Counted from the first letter of the stretch, positions 9,223 to 18,971 are shown. The stretch is 64,000 nt of DNA from Candidatus Poribacteria bacterium (GCA_965242965.1 OZ251518.1:3072001-3136000), one strand, 5' to 3'. The notes: a model not told the origin generated them from the sequence alone. Translations and numbers: made by a program.

Positions 9223-9312
9223 ATGGTAGCAGCGGCGCGGAAACATGTCAATGAAAAACTGAGAAAAACTAAAAAAAATGTCCTTGACAAACGTCTTGGG
9301 ATGTGGTATCCT
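9223..9312. promoter_or_regulatory. Divergent sigma70-type promoters
   Basis: Minus strand TTGACA (9251-9246)-17-TACCAT (9228-9223), 6 nt before ATG 9216; plus strand TTGACA (9284-9289)-17-TATCCT (9307-9312) before msrP. Confidence 0.7.
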
Positions 9313-9389
9313 ATTTATCGCTGGCGCGATGTTCGTGCACTCGTGCTTCGTATCTTCGCCCGAAACCTGATAATAAAGAGGAATTTCCA

Positions 9390-10358
9390 ATGCCGTATAT
9401 CAAAATTCCCAAGGGGTGGGAAATCCCTGAAAGCCAAGTTACCCCGGAATCAGACTATATGAACCGCCGTCGTTTCATTAAAGAGCTCGGCACGGTGGGG
9501 GCAGGTGCGTTATCCCTGTCGCTGTTAGGTTCCGAGGCGTTCGCGCGCCCGAAAAACGTTGAGGAACAATTGGCGGCGTTTCGTGATAAGCCGCTCGCTC
9601 TGGAACACAACCCGCAATTCACTGTGAAACGGCAGATGACAGACGAAGTCGTTGCCGCTACCTATAACAACTTTTATGAGTTCAGTAGCGGCAAGCAAAA
9701 TCTTTGGAAGCTGATGGAAGACTTTGAGACGCGCCCGTGGCAGCTTGACATCGGCGGGCTCGTTCACAAACCGATGACGTTAGATGTCGACGATTTGCTC
9801 AGGCAGATGCCGCTGGAAGAACGCATCTATCGCTTCCGGTGCGTTGAAACGTGGGCAATGGTGGTACCGTGGGTAGGGTTTCCGATGAAAGCCTTGCTTG
9901 AGAAAGTCCAACCTACTGCCGATGCCAAGTATGTGGAGATGCACACCTTTTGGAATGCCGATGTAGCACCGCAGCAACGGAACTCTCGTTTGCCGTGGCC
10001 CTATATTGAAGGGTTGACAGTTGCAGAAGCGATGAACGAGTTAACGCTGCTCACCGTCGGCATCTATGGGCACATCTTACCGCCACAACACGGCGCGCCT
10101 ATTCGGCTCATTGTTCCGTGGAAATATGGATTTAAGAGTATCAAATCGATTGTGCGGATGACGTTAACGAACAAACAGCCGCGAACCTTCTGGAATACAC
10201 TATCGCCGCGGGAATATGGGTTTGAGTCGAACGTCAACCCTACAGTACCACATCCACGCTGGTCCCAAGCGACAGAGTGGATGATAGGCACACGCGAACG
10301 GCATCCGACGCAACTTTACAACGGCTACGGTGATGCCGTCGCGCATCTATATGAGTAA
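9390..10358 (+). CDS. msrP: Protein-methionine-sulfoxide reductase catalytic subunit (molybdopterin, Tat-exported)
   Basis: Tat motif NRRRFIK; YNNFYEF, ERIYRFRCVETWAMV, GAPIRLIVPWKYGFKSIKSI, NVNPTVPHPRWSQATE; start MPYIKIP at 9390. Confidence 0.96.
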   Translation: MPYIKIPKGWEIPESQVTPESDYMNRRRFIKELGTVGAGALSLSLLGSEAFARPKNVEEQLAAFRDKPLALEHNPQFTVKRQMTDEVVAATYNNFYEFSSGKQNLWKLMEDFETRPWQLDIGGLVHKPMTLDVDDLLRQMPLEERIYRFRCVETWAMVVPWVGFPMKALLEKVQPTADAKYVEMHTFWNADVAPQQRNSRLPWPYIEGLTVAEAMNELTLLTVGIYGHILPPQHGAPIRLIVPWKYGFKSIKSIVRMTLTNKQPRTFWNTLSPREYGFESNVNPTVPHPRWSQATEWMIGTRERHPTQLYNGYGDAVAHLYE

Positions 10359-10385
10359 TTTCGTCACTCGCGAGGGACAACAGGT

Positions 10386-11306
10386 ATGCCGATGCAGACA
10401 ACAATAGCCGTTTTCAGTTTATGGCTGCTGTTTCCCGCGCTCGTATCGGCTGTCTGGGATGTGGCAGAGAGCCCGCATTTCCGCGTCTACTTCCGAGAGG
10501 GCACCGTCGCGCCGGCACCGATAGTTCAGGACGCGGAAGAGTTCTACGTGGAGATGCATCGCCTCACGCGTGGCATGCCCAAGGCGAAAATTGACATCCG
10601 CATCTGCAATACACAAGCGGATTTTCAGGCGGCGGTGCATGCGCCGATTCAAGATTGGGCGGTGGGGTGCGCCTTCCCGCGGCAGCGGCGCGTTTTTATC
10701 CAACATCCGACGCATCTCGCGCACGCGAAACTTCAGTTGGCACAGGTGCTGCGGCACGAGATTGCGCACGTTCTCTTCTGGCAGTATACACAGCAGGCTT
10801 CAGCCGGCATCCCGTTATGGTTCGTGGAAGGCATCGCCATCTATCTCGCAAAAGAGTGGGTGCCGAGTCGGCACGAGACGTTGCTCAGTCGTATCTTTTC
10901 AAACACTATCTTGCCGCTGTCCTCGCTGACGCGCGAGTTCCCCGCTGCACAGAAGGATGCAGATTTAGCGTATGCGCAAAGTCAAGACGCGCTCCACTGG
11001 CTCGTGGAAGTCAAGGGTAGCGAGACGCTGTGGGCCCTGGTGGAACAACTCCACGCGGGGCACCCTTTCGATACCGCTTTTGAAGATACCGTCGGCTGGG
11101 ATGTTGCCACGTTTGATGCGCAATGGCGTGCATCGCTGTCGGAACGTTATCAATGGATGGCACTCTTTTCCAATACCTATCTCTTTTGGGGTGGGATTGG
11201 CGGATTGGCCCTGCTCAGCTATCTCTTCTGTTGGCAGCGCAGGCGCAAGCATCTGAAAAAACTCGCGGAACAGGAAGAAGGCGTAGATGCTTTTTTTGAG
11301 GCGTAG
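10386..11306 (+). CDS. Peptidase MA-like zinc metallopeptidase, membrane anchored
   Basis: Signal peptide, LRHEIAH (HEXXH), PLWFVEGIA, AYAQS, C-terminal TM helix. Confidence 0.82.
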   Translation: MPMQTTIAVFSLWLLFPALVSAVWDVAESPHFRVYFREGTVAPAPIVQDAEEFYVEMHRLTRGMPKAKIDIRICNTQADFQAAVHAPIQDWAVGCAFPRQRRVFIQHPTHLAHAKLQLAQVLRHEIAHVLFWQYTQQASAGIPLWFVEGIAIYLAKEWVPSRHETLLSRIFSNTILPLSSLTREFPAAQKDADLAYAQSQDALHWLVEVKGSETLWALVEQLHAGHPFDTAFEDTVGWDVATFDAQWRASLSERYQWMALFSNTYLFWGGIGGLALLSYLFCWQRRRKHLKKLAEQEEGVDAFFEA

Positions 11307-11313
11307 TAACATC

Positions 11314-12321
11314 ATGAACGGTTCTCTCATGCTCGTGTCATTTTGGCTGGCGTGCTTCGTTGCAGTGGCGGCGGCACAGCCGAAGCACCTCTCACAGTAT
11401 CCCAATCAACTCACGCGCGATGGGCACCTCCTCGTTTTGCCAGAACGGGGAACGCTCTACATCGTCTCCGATTTGCACGCGCATTGGGACGATTTCAACG
11501 CATGGCTGGAACAGACGCAGCTGCTCGCGCGCATTGAAGCCGGTGAAGATGTGTACGGACTCATCCTCGGTGATGCGATTGACTATAAACCCGATGAACC
11601 GAGGCAGCCGCCTTACGGCGACACGCTTATCATTGAACGCGTGATGGACATCCGGCAGCACCTCGGCGAGCGTGGCGAACGGCTCATCTACTTGCGCGGA
11701 AATCATGAATTCGCGGCTGCGGATACCTACGCCAAACTGAAACAGCACGGCATGACAGAGAAAAATCGGGAGCAACTCGTTCGCGCGTTGTATAATGGGC
11801 CATCGGGCACCTATTATCAGCAATTCAATTTCATTGAGAGAATGACAGACGCGCACTATGCGTTTCTGATGAGTCTTCCTACCGTCGTCATTGGAAAAAA
11901 CGGATGTGTTGCGGTACACGCAGGTCCGGCGCGTAGGCTCACAGGCCTCGCTGATTTGGTTGCGCCGGGGCCGAAAACCTTAGATGAACTGCTCTGGCAT
12001 CGTCCGAATATCACGCTCAGCGGCGGCTATACGGTGGCGCATACCGCCAATTTCTTGAAAACGCTTCGCGCGCAGCTGCTCGTTGTCGGGCATACGCCTA
12101 TCCGTTATTTTCCTCCGAAAAACGTGCGCGATGGCGTGGCGACATTCGGGGAGAATCAACTTATTTTCTCGACAGGCTACGGTGGTTTGCCGGGTGTGCC
12201 AACCTATATTGAAATTGATTTGGCGGAAACATATCCCTCCGTGCATGCCTTGAAATTAGGCGTGAATATCCATCATCTCTATCCGGCGGGACATCACGAG
12301 CAGAAGGAGGAGGCGCGCTAG
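11314..12321 (+). CDS. Calcineurin-like metallophosphoesterase, secreted
   Basis: SDLHAH, LGDAID, RGNHE, VHAGP, VGHTP motifs; signal peptide from M at 11314. Confidence 0.88.
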   Translation: MNGSLMLVSFWLACFVAVAAAQPKHLSQYPNQLTRDGHLLVLPERGTLYIVSDLHAHWDDFNAWLEQTQLLARIEAGEDVYGLILGDAIDYKPDEPRQPPYGDTLIIERVMDIRQHLGERGERLIYLRGNHEFAAADTYAKLKQHGMTEKNREQLVRALYNGPSGTYYQQFNFIERMTDAHYAFLMSLPTVVIGKNGCVAVHAGPARRLTGLADLVAPGPKTLDELLWHRPNITLSGGYTVAHTANFLKTLRAQLLVVGHTPIRYFPPKNVRDGVATFGENQLIFSTGYGGLPGVPTYIEIDLAETYPSVHALKLGVNIHHLYPAGHHEQKEEAR

Positions 12322-13191
12322 ATGCGGCCACTGCTTTATATCATGACACCGGTGCTGATTCTCACCGTTGTGCTGGCATCTCGGTTTGTAACCTGGGACA
12401 AGGTGAAAAGTGAAAATCGCGAGGCACTCGCGCACGTGCAGGCGGGAACGAAGTTTCTGCGCGAATGGCAGCTACCGCAGGCGAAAGCGGCGTTCACGCA
12501 GGCAATAGCGGTTGACGCGCGGTATGCGGAGGCGTATGTGAAACGGGGCCTCGCCTCTTATCGTTCTGCACAGTATGAAGATGCCATCGCCGATTACACG
12601 CAGACGTTAGCCCTCAACCGGTATCACGCCGATGCCTACGCGAGCCGCGGCGATGCCTACCGTGCTATAGGCGATGCGCAGCGTGCCATTGCTGACTATA
12701 CCGCCTCGCTGAAGAAGAGGTGGAACGCAGCAGTGATGCTGAAACGGGCCACAACCTATCAGGAACGTGGCGAACTGACAGCGGCTTTTCCTGACTACGA
12801 TGCCGTCCTTCATCGGCAGCCCAGTGCAATGGCTTATTATGCCCGCGGCACCGCTTATCTCAGCGGCGGCAAGGTGAAATTGGCACTGGCTGACATAGAT
12901 AAGGCTGTTAGCTTAGCACCGCGGTTTGCAGTGGCGTATGTCCAGCGCGGGCAAATTTATGCACAATTAGGACAACCAGCTTCGGCACAGGCGGATGCTG
13001 CGCAGGCTGTCCTGTTGCTCACCGAGGCGATTCAGCAGTGGCAAGGCGAGGCGCACGCGCTCATCGCTGTTTACTATTGGCGCGCCTTCGCCTGTCAGCA
13101 ATTGAATGAAATGGACAAGGCACGAAACGATGCCAATACCGCCACTCAACAGATTTTTCAATTTTTTCTTGAAAAATCGCGACATTTATGA
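12322..13191 (+). CDS. Tetratricopeptide repeat protein with N-terminal anchor
   Basis: Repeated AYxxRG...AIADY TPR units; hydrophobic N-terminus. Confidence 0.88.
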   Translation: MRPLLYIMTPVLILTVVLASRFVTWDKVKSENREALAHVQAGTKFLREWQLPQAKAAFTQAIAVDARYAEAYVKRGLASYRSAQYEDAIADYTQTLALNRYHADAYASRGDAYRAIGDAQRAIADYTASLKKRWNAAVMLKRATTYQERGELTAAFPDYDAVLHRQPSAMAYYARGTAYLSGGKVKLALADIDKAVSLAPRFAVAYVQRGQIYAQLGQPASAQADAAQAVLLLTEAIQQWQGEAHALIAVYYWRAFACQQLNEMDKARNDANTATQQIFQFFLEKSRHL

Positions 13192-13197
13192 TATACT
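13169..13197 (+). promoter_or_regulatory. Sigma70-type promoter
   Basis: TTGAAA-17 nt-TATACT with an extended -10 TG. Confidence 0.55.
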
Positions 13198-13270
13198 ATT
13201 GAATGTCTAGTTGGTATTTCACTTTCGTGATGTCACATTGGAAAACCGACGTGCATTCGGAGGAACATTG

Positions 13271-13891
13271 GTGCCGGAACATCAACCCGATAACGGTGAG
13301 GAAAGAACGCCTCTTCCAGAGCCCGAAAAAGAGGAGGAGGACGAGAGGTACGTCGCTTTTCCGGGCGGTATCCCGAAGCGATGGTTCAACCCCGCGTTTT
13401 ATCTCTTTCTCACGATACTTGTTACCTACGCGGTAGTGGCAATCATTGGCGAATTTCAGGAAGGCGCGAAGTTAAAATCATCGCTGGTGGTGATAGCAAG
13501 ACACATCTGGATGCATCTTGCTGACTTCTGTTTCACCTTAGTCGTCGCCACCGTTGTTATTTGCAAAGGATTGGAGCGTGTCATGTATTATCTAGATGCG
13601 AAGCGGCAAGCCGCGCGGGATAGAAGGCGTGCTGAACGAGCCGAACGGCTTAATGAGGAATATAAACAAGAACAGCAGCGCGCCGAGCACGAGCGGCAGC
13701 GTGCCGAACAACTCGCTGAACAAGCGAGGCAGCTCGCCGAACAGGAACGGCAGCGTGCCGAACAGGAACGTCAGCATGCTGAACAGGAACGGCAGCGCGC
13801 CGAACAGGAACAGCAACGCGCCGAACAGGCCGAGGCTGAAAAAGAACGGCTTTTGCAAGAATTGCAGAAGTATCGCGAAGACGAGGAGTAA
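13271..13891 (+). CDS. Two-TM membrane protein with C-terminal (RAEQERQ)n coiled coil
   Basis: GGAGGA RBS then GTG at 13271; two hydrophobic helices; heptad repeats encoded by 21-nt units. Confidence 0.75.
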   Translation: MPEHQPDNGEERTPLPEPEKEEEDERYVAFPGGIPKRWFNPAFYLFLTILVTYAVVAIIGEFQEGAKLKSSLVVIARHIWMHLADFCFTLVVATVVICKGLERVMYYLDAKRQAARDRRRAERAERLNEEYKQEQQRAEHERQRAEQLAEQARQLAEQERQRAEQERQHAEQERQRAEQEQQRAEQAEAEKERLLQELQKYREDEE

Positions 13892-14257
13892 GAACCGACG
13901 ACTCCTCGCACAACCGCCGCTGTTTTGTAAAGGATTGGAGCGTGTCATGTATTATTTAGACGCGAAGCGGCAAGCCGCGCGGGATAGACGGCGTGCTGAA
14001 CGAGCCGAGCAGCTTATTGAAGAATATAAGTTGCGCATTGAGCAGGAACAGCAGCGTGCCGAACAGCTCGCTGAGCAAGCGAGGCAGCGCGCCGAACAGG
14101 AACGGCAGCGCGCTGAACAAGCCAGACAGCGCGCTGAACAAGCCAGACAGCGCGCCGAACAGGCCGAGGCTGAAAAAGAACGGCTTTTGCAAGAATTGCA
14201 AAAGTATCGCGAAGACGAGGAATAAGAACCGACGACTCCTCGCACAACCGCCGCTGT
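13565..14257 (+). repeat. Tandem duplication, period 364 nt
   Basis: AAAGGATTGGAGCGTGTCATGTATTA at 13565 and 13929; TAAGAACCGACGACTCCTCGCACAACCGCCGCTGT after both stop codons. Confidence 0.92.
13947..14225 (+). CDS. Stand-alone coiled-coil protein, a duplicate of the upstream gene's C-terminus
   Basis: GGAG RBS then ATG; MYYLDAKRQAARDRRRAERA...EKERLLQELQKYREDEE, 92 aa. Confidence 0.65.
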   Translation: MYYLDAKRQAARDRRRAERAEQLIEEYKLRIEQEQQRAEQLAEQARQRAEQERQRAEQARQRAEQARQRAEQAEAEKERLLQELQKYREDEE

Positions 14258-14291
14258 ATCGTTAAGCAGCGGCAGGAGGTTATTAGCATTC

Positions 14292-14567
14292 ATGACAGGA
14301 GATGCATTGGGTTTAATTGAGACGAGAGGCTTAGTCGGCAGCATTGAAGCCGCCGATGCGATGGTAAAAGCTGCAAACGTCCAACTCATCGGCTATGAAC
14401 AGGTGGGCGGCGGTTACGTGACAGTAATGGTGCGCGGCGATGTCGGCGCAGTAAAAGCGGCGACAGATGCCGGTGCCGAAGCTGCAGCGCGCGTCGGCGA
14501 AATCGTCTCTGTCCACGTCATCCCGCGTCCGCACGCGGAAGTGGAAACTATCTTACGCAAAGCGTAA
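14292..14567 (+). CDS. Bacterial microcompartment hexameric shell protein (BMC-H, PduA/EutM-like)
   Basis: [26 protein letters not shown]...[19 protein letters not shown]...HVIPRPH; AGGAGG RBS. Confidence 0.97.
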   Translation: MTGDALGLIETRGLVGSIEAADAMVKAANVQLIGYEQVGGGYVTVMVRGDVGAVKAATDAGAEAAARVGEIVSVHVIPRPHAEVETILRKA

Positions 14568-14598
14568 GCGCGCACCGAAACGAAAAGGGAGATAACGG

Positions 14599-15303
14599 AT
14601 GCCAGAACAGGGACTTGTTGCGCTCATTACGCAGCGAGTGATGAACAGACTGCAAACCGAACAGGCGTGCAGCGGATGCGCCTTGCGCACCTGCAACGCC
14701 GGCAACCGCGCCTGCGATGCCGCTAGCCAGCAACAGAAGATTCCGGTGGGAATCTCAGCGCGACACGCACACGTGACGCAGGAACACCTTGAAATCCTTT
14801 ACGGCGCGGGGCATCAACTCACTGTCTACGCACCGCTCTATCAGCCGGGGGCATTCGCCGCGGCAGAGACGCTCACTATCGTCGGTAAGCGGATGCGAGC
14901 CATTGAGGCTGTCCGCATCCTCGGCCCCGTCCGCGACTACTCTCAAGTTGAGATAGCGCAAACGGAAGCGATTCGGCTCGGTTTAAATCCACCCATTCGG
15001 GATTCCGGGACACTTGCCGGCGCGGAACCGATAACTCTCGTCGGGCCCGCAGGGACTGTCTATTTGGACGAAGGCGCAATCTGCGCCACGCGACACATTC
15101 ACATGACACCGGCGGAAGCAGCAGCATTCGGCGTTGACGAAAACTCGCGACTGAAAGTGCATTTTCCCGGCGAACGCGCGCTAACGCTTGAAAACGTCAG
15201 ACCCAAAATTCACGAATCTTATGTGCTGCAGATGCACCTTGACACCGATGATGCCAACGCCGCGGGATTAAAAGGCGGCGAGGCTGTTGAACTCGCACGA
15301 TGA
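14599..15303 (+). CDS. pduL: PduL-type phosphotransacylase with N-terminal encapsulation peptide
   Basis: IPVGISARHAH, LYQPGAFAA, RILGPVR, RHIHMTP, MHLDTDDANA; amphipathic LVALITQRVMNRL at the N-terminus. Confidence 0.94.
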   Translation: MPEQGLVALITQRVMNRLQTEQACSGCALRTCNAGNRACDAASQQQKIPVGISARHAHVTQEHLEILYGAGHQLTVYAPLYQPGAFAAAETLTIVGKRMRAIEAVRILGPVRDYSQVEIAQTEAIRLGLNPPIRDSGTLAGAEPITLVGPAGTVYLDEGAICATRHIHMTPAEAAAFGVDENSRLKVHFPGERALTLENVRPKIHESYVLQMHLDTDDANAAGLKGGEAVELAR

Positions 15304-15324
15304 ATTTCGCTCGCCGACGAAAAA

Positions 15325-16071
15325 ATGAATCAGGAACTTACCGAACAGGTGCGGAGAATCACTGAAAAAGTGCTGAAGGAACTGGAGCAAACGGCTGCAC
15401 AGAACCGGCAGGTGCTCGCTATCTTCGGGACGACGCAGACAGGATTGGATATCCCGCTCCAGCAACTCCAGCAGTGCCGGCAAGAGGGATGGAAAATTCA
15501 AATAATTTTGTCCGAACTTGCCACTAAAACGTTACCCATCTCGCCGATTCAGGCGGCGTTTGGCGAAGAAAACATCTGGCAGGAGAATGCACTGCGCGAT
15601 ATCGCCGAGATTGTGGATGCCTATCCGTTGATTGTGCTCCCCGCGCTCGCTTATCCGATGGCCGCCAAACTTGCGCTACGGTTAGTGGATACGCCTTGCA
15701 CCTATTTAGTGTTTGAGGCACTGCAGCACGAGAAAAGGGTGATAGCCGCATCCGACGCATTCGGGACACGCCTGCAACACACGCATGCAAAATCGTTCGG
15801 AAAACTGCTTGAGACAGAATATGTCAACGCTTTATCCGAACTCGGCGTTCAATGGGTAACGGCATCGCGCCTCGCCGAAGCTATTAATGAAGCAAGCATG
15901 GCGACGCGGACAACCGTGGAGACAGCGGTAATCAGCGCATCTGTGATTGCAGCCCTCACGCCAGAGACGCAAGAGTTGTTCTACATAACGCCAGCGATAG
16001 TTACGCCACTTGCCCGTGAGCACGCGCAAAAAAGAGGCATAAAACTGATACCGAAACGCAAATCGGATTAA
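15325..16071 (+). CDS. BMC-associated flavoprotein-like protein
   Basis: N-terminal amphipathic ELTEQVRRITEKVLKEL; HFCD-like core (ILSELA, IVLPALAYPMAAKLALRLVDT); C-terminal IVTPLAREHA..GI motif seen in BMC accessory proteins. Confidence 0.75.
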   Translation: MNQELTEQVRRITEKVLKELEQTAAQNRQVLAIFGTTQTGLDIPLQQLQQCRQEGWKIQIILSELATKTLPISPIQAAFGEENIWQENALRDIAEIVDAYPLIVLPALAYPMAAKLALRLVDTPCTYLVFEALQHEKRVIAASDAFGTRLQHTHAKSFGKLLETEYVNALSELGVQWVTASRLAEAINEASMATRTTVETAVISASVIAALTPETQELFYITPAIVTPLAREHAQKRGIKLIPKRKSD

Positions 16072-16073
16072 TC

Positions 16074-16102
16074 TTGACATTTATCTCGGAAAATTGTATC
16101 AT
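16074..16102 (+). promoter_or_regulatory. Sigma70-type promoter
   Basis: TTGACA-17 nt-TATCAT, followed by an AGGAGG RBS. Confidence 0.7.
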
Positions 16103-16144
16103 ATTTCTCATAATACGTAGAAACTTAACGTAGGAGGAATTCTC

Positions 16145-17710
16145 ATGAAGACCAGGGTTTTCACACTCATGATAGCCGGACTGCTCGGTTTGTTCCTGAC
16201 AACCGGGCTGTCAGCCCCAGCCGATGCAGAATACGATTATTACGCCGACCGGCTGAGTCGCGAGCATCGCGTCGCGAACGAGGTTGACGAATGGATAGAA
16301 CGCGGCAGTGCCACGATTACCGCAAGCCCCCTCTTTGACGAGGGTGTCCGGCTCACCGCCTGGGAAAGTTCCGCGCAAAACGCGGATAACTACGAATTCG
16401 CTATCGCTAGCGCAGTTTACCTCTTTGAAATTCCGAAAGGGACGCAGTCCATTGAAATCTTGGTGCGATACCGGGGTGAACCGCGTCAACTCGAAATTGA
16501 AGACTACGAAGAGTCGATTGCCGGCCGCGTCTGGATTCGCAATACCAAACGCGAACTGACACGGCGCGGTTACCACGACAAAAACGCTGACGAGACACGC
16601 TACGGGGATACCTTCGTGCTGCGCGCGAAGAACCGCTCCGAACTCATCAAAATCCCCGCAGCAGGCCATGTGAAGGATGGCTGGATGGAACTCCATGTCG
16701 TAGCGGAAGGGGGCGAGCAGCTTGATGTTGAATACGTCGAAGTCTCTGCCTATCGCAGGCAGCCGAAAGTGCGCGTCATTCAACGCTATCTGCCTACCTA
16801 TCGGTGGCGGCCGTGGCATCGGTACACCTATCTCTACTTTTACGATGGGCCCATCCATTACGCGACGGACTTTGACTACTATTACCGATGGAGTTATCCC
16901 ATCTATGAACATCATTATCTCTCCATTCGTTCGTCTTATGGGGGATATCTCGGGCGGTATCGCGCCTATTATCCGAGTGCCTATTACCGTTGCTATTCGC
17001 CCTATTACGGTTATGGGCATTACGGCTACAAGGGAACTCCGAAGGTGTATCAGCGGCGCACGCAGCTGAATCGGTGGAGCAAGCAGCACGAAACGACGCG
17101 GCGGCAGTATACGCGCAGCCGATTGTCTTCTAACAGCGGCACGGTGCGAAAACAGCTCCGCACCACGTTGGAAAACCACCGGCGGCAGGCACCTGCTACC
17201 ACACGGCGAGTCGCGCGTGACTCCATTATCTCGCAGAAACGGCGCGCTATCACCTCCGCGCAGACACTGCAGCGCAGCAAGGTGAGGCAGCGGAGTTACC
17301 GCGCGGATAGAACGCTCAGCAAACAGCGGCGGTATTCTACGAATTCCACGACGTTTGATGCGAACCGGTATCGCCGTTCAACGAGCACGCGGGAAACGCA
17401 GCCACTTTATCGCCGTTCGACGAGTTCTTCGCCGACTCGCTCCTACTCTTCCCGTTCAACGAGTTCTCGGAGTGATTTGCGGACGAAGCATCGGCGTTCT
17501 ACGACAGACAGTGAGCAACGCTCTCGTTCGCGTGTAAGCCGTTCTTCGTCTACCACCAAGTCGCGTGTGAGTCGCTCTGCGTCTTCAACGTCACGGACGC
17601 GTCCGACGACATCGTCAAGTTCGTCGCGCACGCGTTCTAGTAATAGTAGTAGTAGTGACGATGACGAACAGCGGAGTCGGACAACGCAACGGACGAAACG
17701 TCGTCGCTAA
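16145..17710 (+). CDS. Secreted hypothetical protein with Tyr-rich and Arg/Ser-rich regions
   Basis: 521 aa, strong RBS, signal peptide; globular N-half, Tyr-rich middle, low-complexity R/S/T tail. Confidence 0.8.
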   Translation: MKTRVFTLMIAGLLGLFLTTGLSAPADAEYDYYADRLSREHRVANEVDEWIERGSATITASPLFDEGVRLTAWESSAQNADNYEFAIASAVYLFEIPKGTQSIEILVRYRGEPRQLEIEDYEESIAGRVWIRNTKRELTRRGYHDKNADETRYGDTFVLRAKNRSELIKIPAAGHVKDGWMELHVVAEGGEQLDVEYVEVSAYRRQPKVRVIQRYLPTYRWRPWHRYTYLYFYDGPIHYATDFDYYYRWSYPIYEHHYLSIRSSYGGYLGRYRAYYPSAYYRCYSPYYGYGHYGYKGTPKVYQRRTQLNRWSKQHETTRRQYTRSRLSSNSGTVRKQLRTTLENHRRQAPATTRRVARDSIISQKRRAITSAQTLQRSKVRQRSYRADRTLSKQRRYSTNSTTFDANRYRRSTSTRETQPLYRRSTSSSPTRSYSSRSTSSRSDLRTKHRRSTTDSEQRSRSRVSRSSSTTKSRVSRSASSTSRTRPTTSSSSSRTRSSNSSSSDDDEQRSRTTQRTKRRR

Positions 17711-17787
17711 TTGATATTGGCGCGAGGCGTTCAAAATCACCGAAACGCCTCGCGTCTATTTAGGCAATTACACACTCAGAGCCAACT

Positions 17788-18369
17788 ATGCGGTTTTTGC
17801 TCACTATTTTGCTCTTACTGATATGTCTCCCGTGCGGATTTGCTGATGAGACAGCAAGTGCCGCGCCAGAGAACGCGGCTGTCAAAGCCGAAGCGGAGAA
17901 AAAGGACGCGGCAGAAGAGAAACTCATCTCCCCGGTCGGCGCGATGGTGCGTTCCGCCATTTTTCCGGGATGGGGACAGATTTATAGCCGGCGTTATTTT
18001 CGCAGCGGGTTCATTGTGCTCGGCATCGGGGGTTCAGCCGTCGGCGCGCTGCTAGCGGAACGCTCCTTTCGGAATCGGTATAACGCTTACGCAACGCTCG
18101 CGAACCTTGAACCTGACAATGAAGAAGGCGTTTTGGCGAGTTACGAGTATGCGAATCAGCGATACAAACTCCGCATGTTTTTTCTCTACGCCGGGGTTGG
18201 ACTCTGGTTATATAGCGTCATTGACTCTTACGTGAGCGCGAATTTTTACAACGCGACGGCGCAAATCCGTTCTATTCAGCATGACGCAGACGAAATCGAA
18301 AAAAAATTAGGAATTCAAGTCGGTGCCTCGCCTTCACGCCTCTATTTGGGCATCGTCAAAACTTTTTAA
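17788..18369 (+). CDS. DUF5683-like envelope protein
   Basis: Signal peptide, RSAIFPGWGQIY motif, YSVIDSYVSA, C-terminal Phe. Confidence 0.75.
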   Translation: MRFLLTILLLLICLPCGFADETASAAPENAAVKAEAEKKDAAEEKLISPVGAMVRSAIFPGWGQIYSRRYFRSGFIVLGIGGSAVGALLAERSFRNRYNAYATLANLEPDNEEGVLASYEYANQRYKLRMFFLYAGVGLWLYSVIDSYVSANFYNATAQIRSIQHDADEIEKKLGIQVGASPSRLYLGIVKTF

Positions 18370-18386
18370 AGAGAGGATATTTCACC

Positions 18387-18971
18387 ATGTTCACCATGTT
18401 CAGGACTTTCACAATCTCGCGAGTTGCACTTGCACTCGGCGTGTTTTGCCTGCTCATCAGTTTAACCGGGTGCGGGGACGTTGAAAAGGTCAATCAGGTG
18501 CCCCCCGAAGAACTCCTCGCGATCAACGCTGTCTTAAAACAGTGGCGCGAAGGGTATGAATTGGAAGACATTGAAACTTACATCAAGGCTTTCTGGGAAG
18601 AAGGCTTCCTTTACGTATCCGATTTAGGCACCGATGGCGATAAAACCGATGACCTGCTGTTTGACGACATCCGCGATGAGCGCGCCTCTGCCATCCGTGT
18701 CTTTTCGCAATTTCAGGATATTGAGATAGAGCTCTCTGTCCCACCGGAAATAGAACTCAACCAGGAAAGCGACCGGGCTGAAGTGCGGAATCACTATCGC
18801 ATCCAAGGGTTCGTCGCCGATGGCGAGTCGTTGGAAGGTGGGTATACCGGTTGGTTCGCCGAGGGCGATAACCTTTTCATCTTTGAAAAGCGCAACGGTG
18901 AATGGCGTATCTCCGAGTGGCATGACGAAGCCTTCAACGACGAAGAAATTCGCATCGCCAATAATTTGTAA
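18387..18971 (+). CDS. Lipoprotein with NTF2/SnoaL-like domain
   Basis: Lipobox LTGC; WREGYELEDIETY...FEKRNGEWRISEW pattern. Confidence 0.7.
   Translation: MFTMFRTFTISRVALALGVFCLLISLTGCGDVEKVNQVPPEELLAINAVLKQWREGYELEDIETYIKAFWEEGFLYVSDLGTDGDKTDDLLFDDIRDERASAIRVFSQFQDIEIELSVPPEIELNQESDRAEVRNHYRIQGFVADGESLEGGYTGWFAEGDNLFIFEKRNGEWRISEWHDEAFNDEEIRIANNL

Noticed and set aside
13203-13436. 77-aa ORF starting just after the promoter
   Set aside because: It overlaps the better-supported 13271 gene (GGAGGA RBS, TM helices) in another frame and has no recognisable features.
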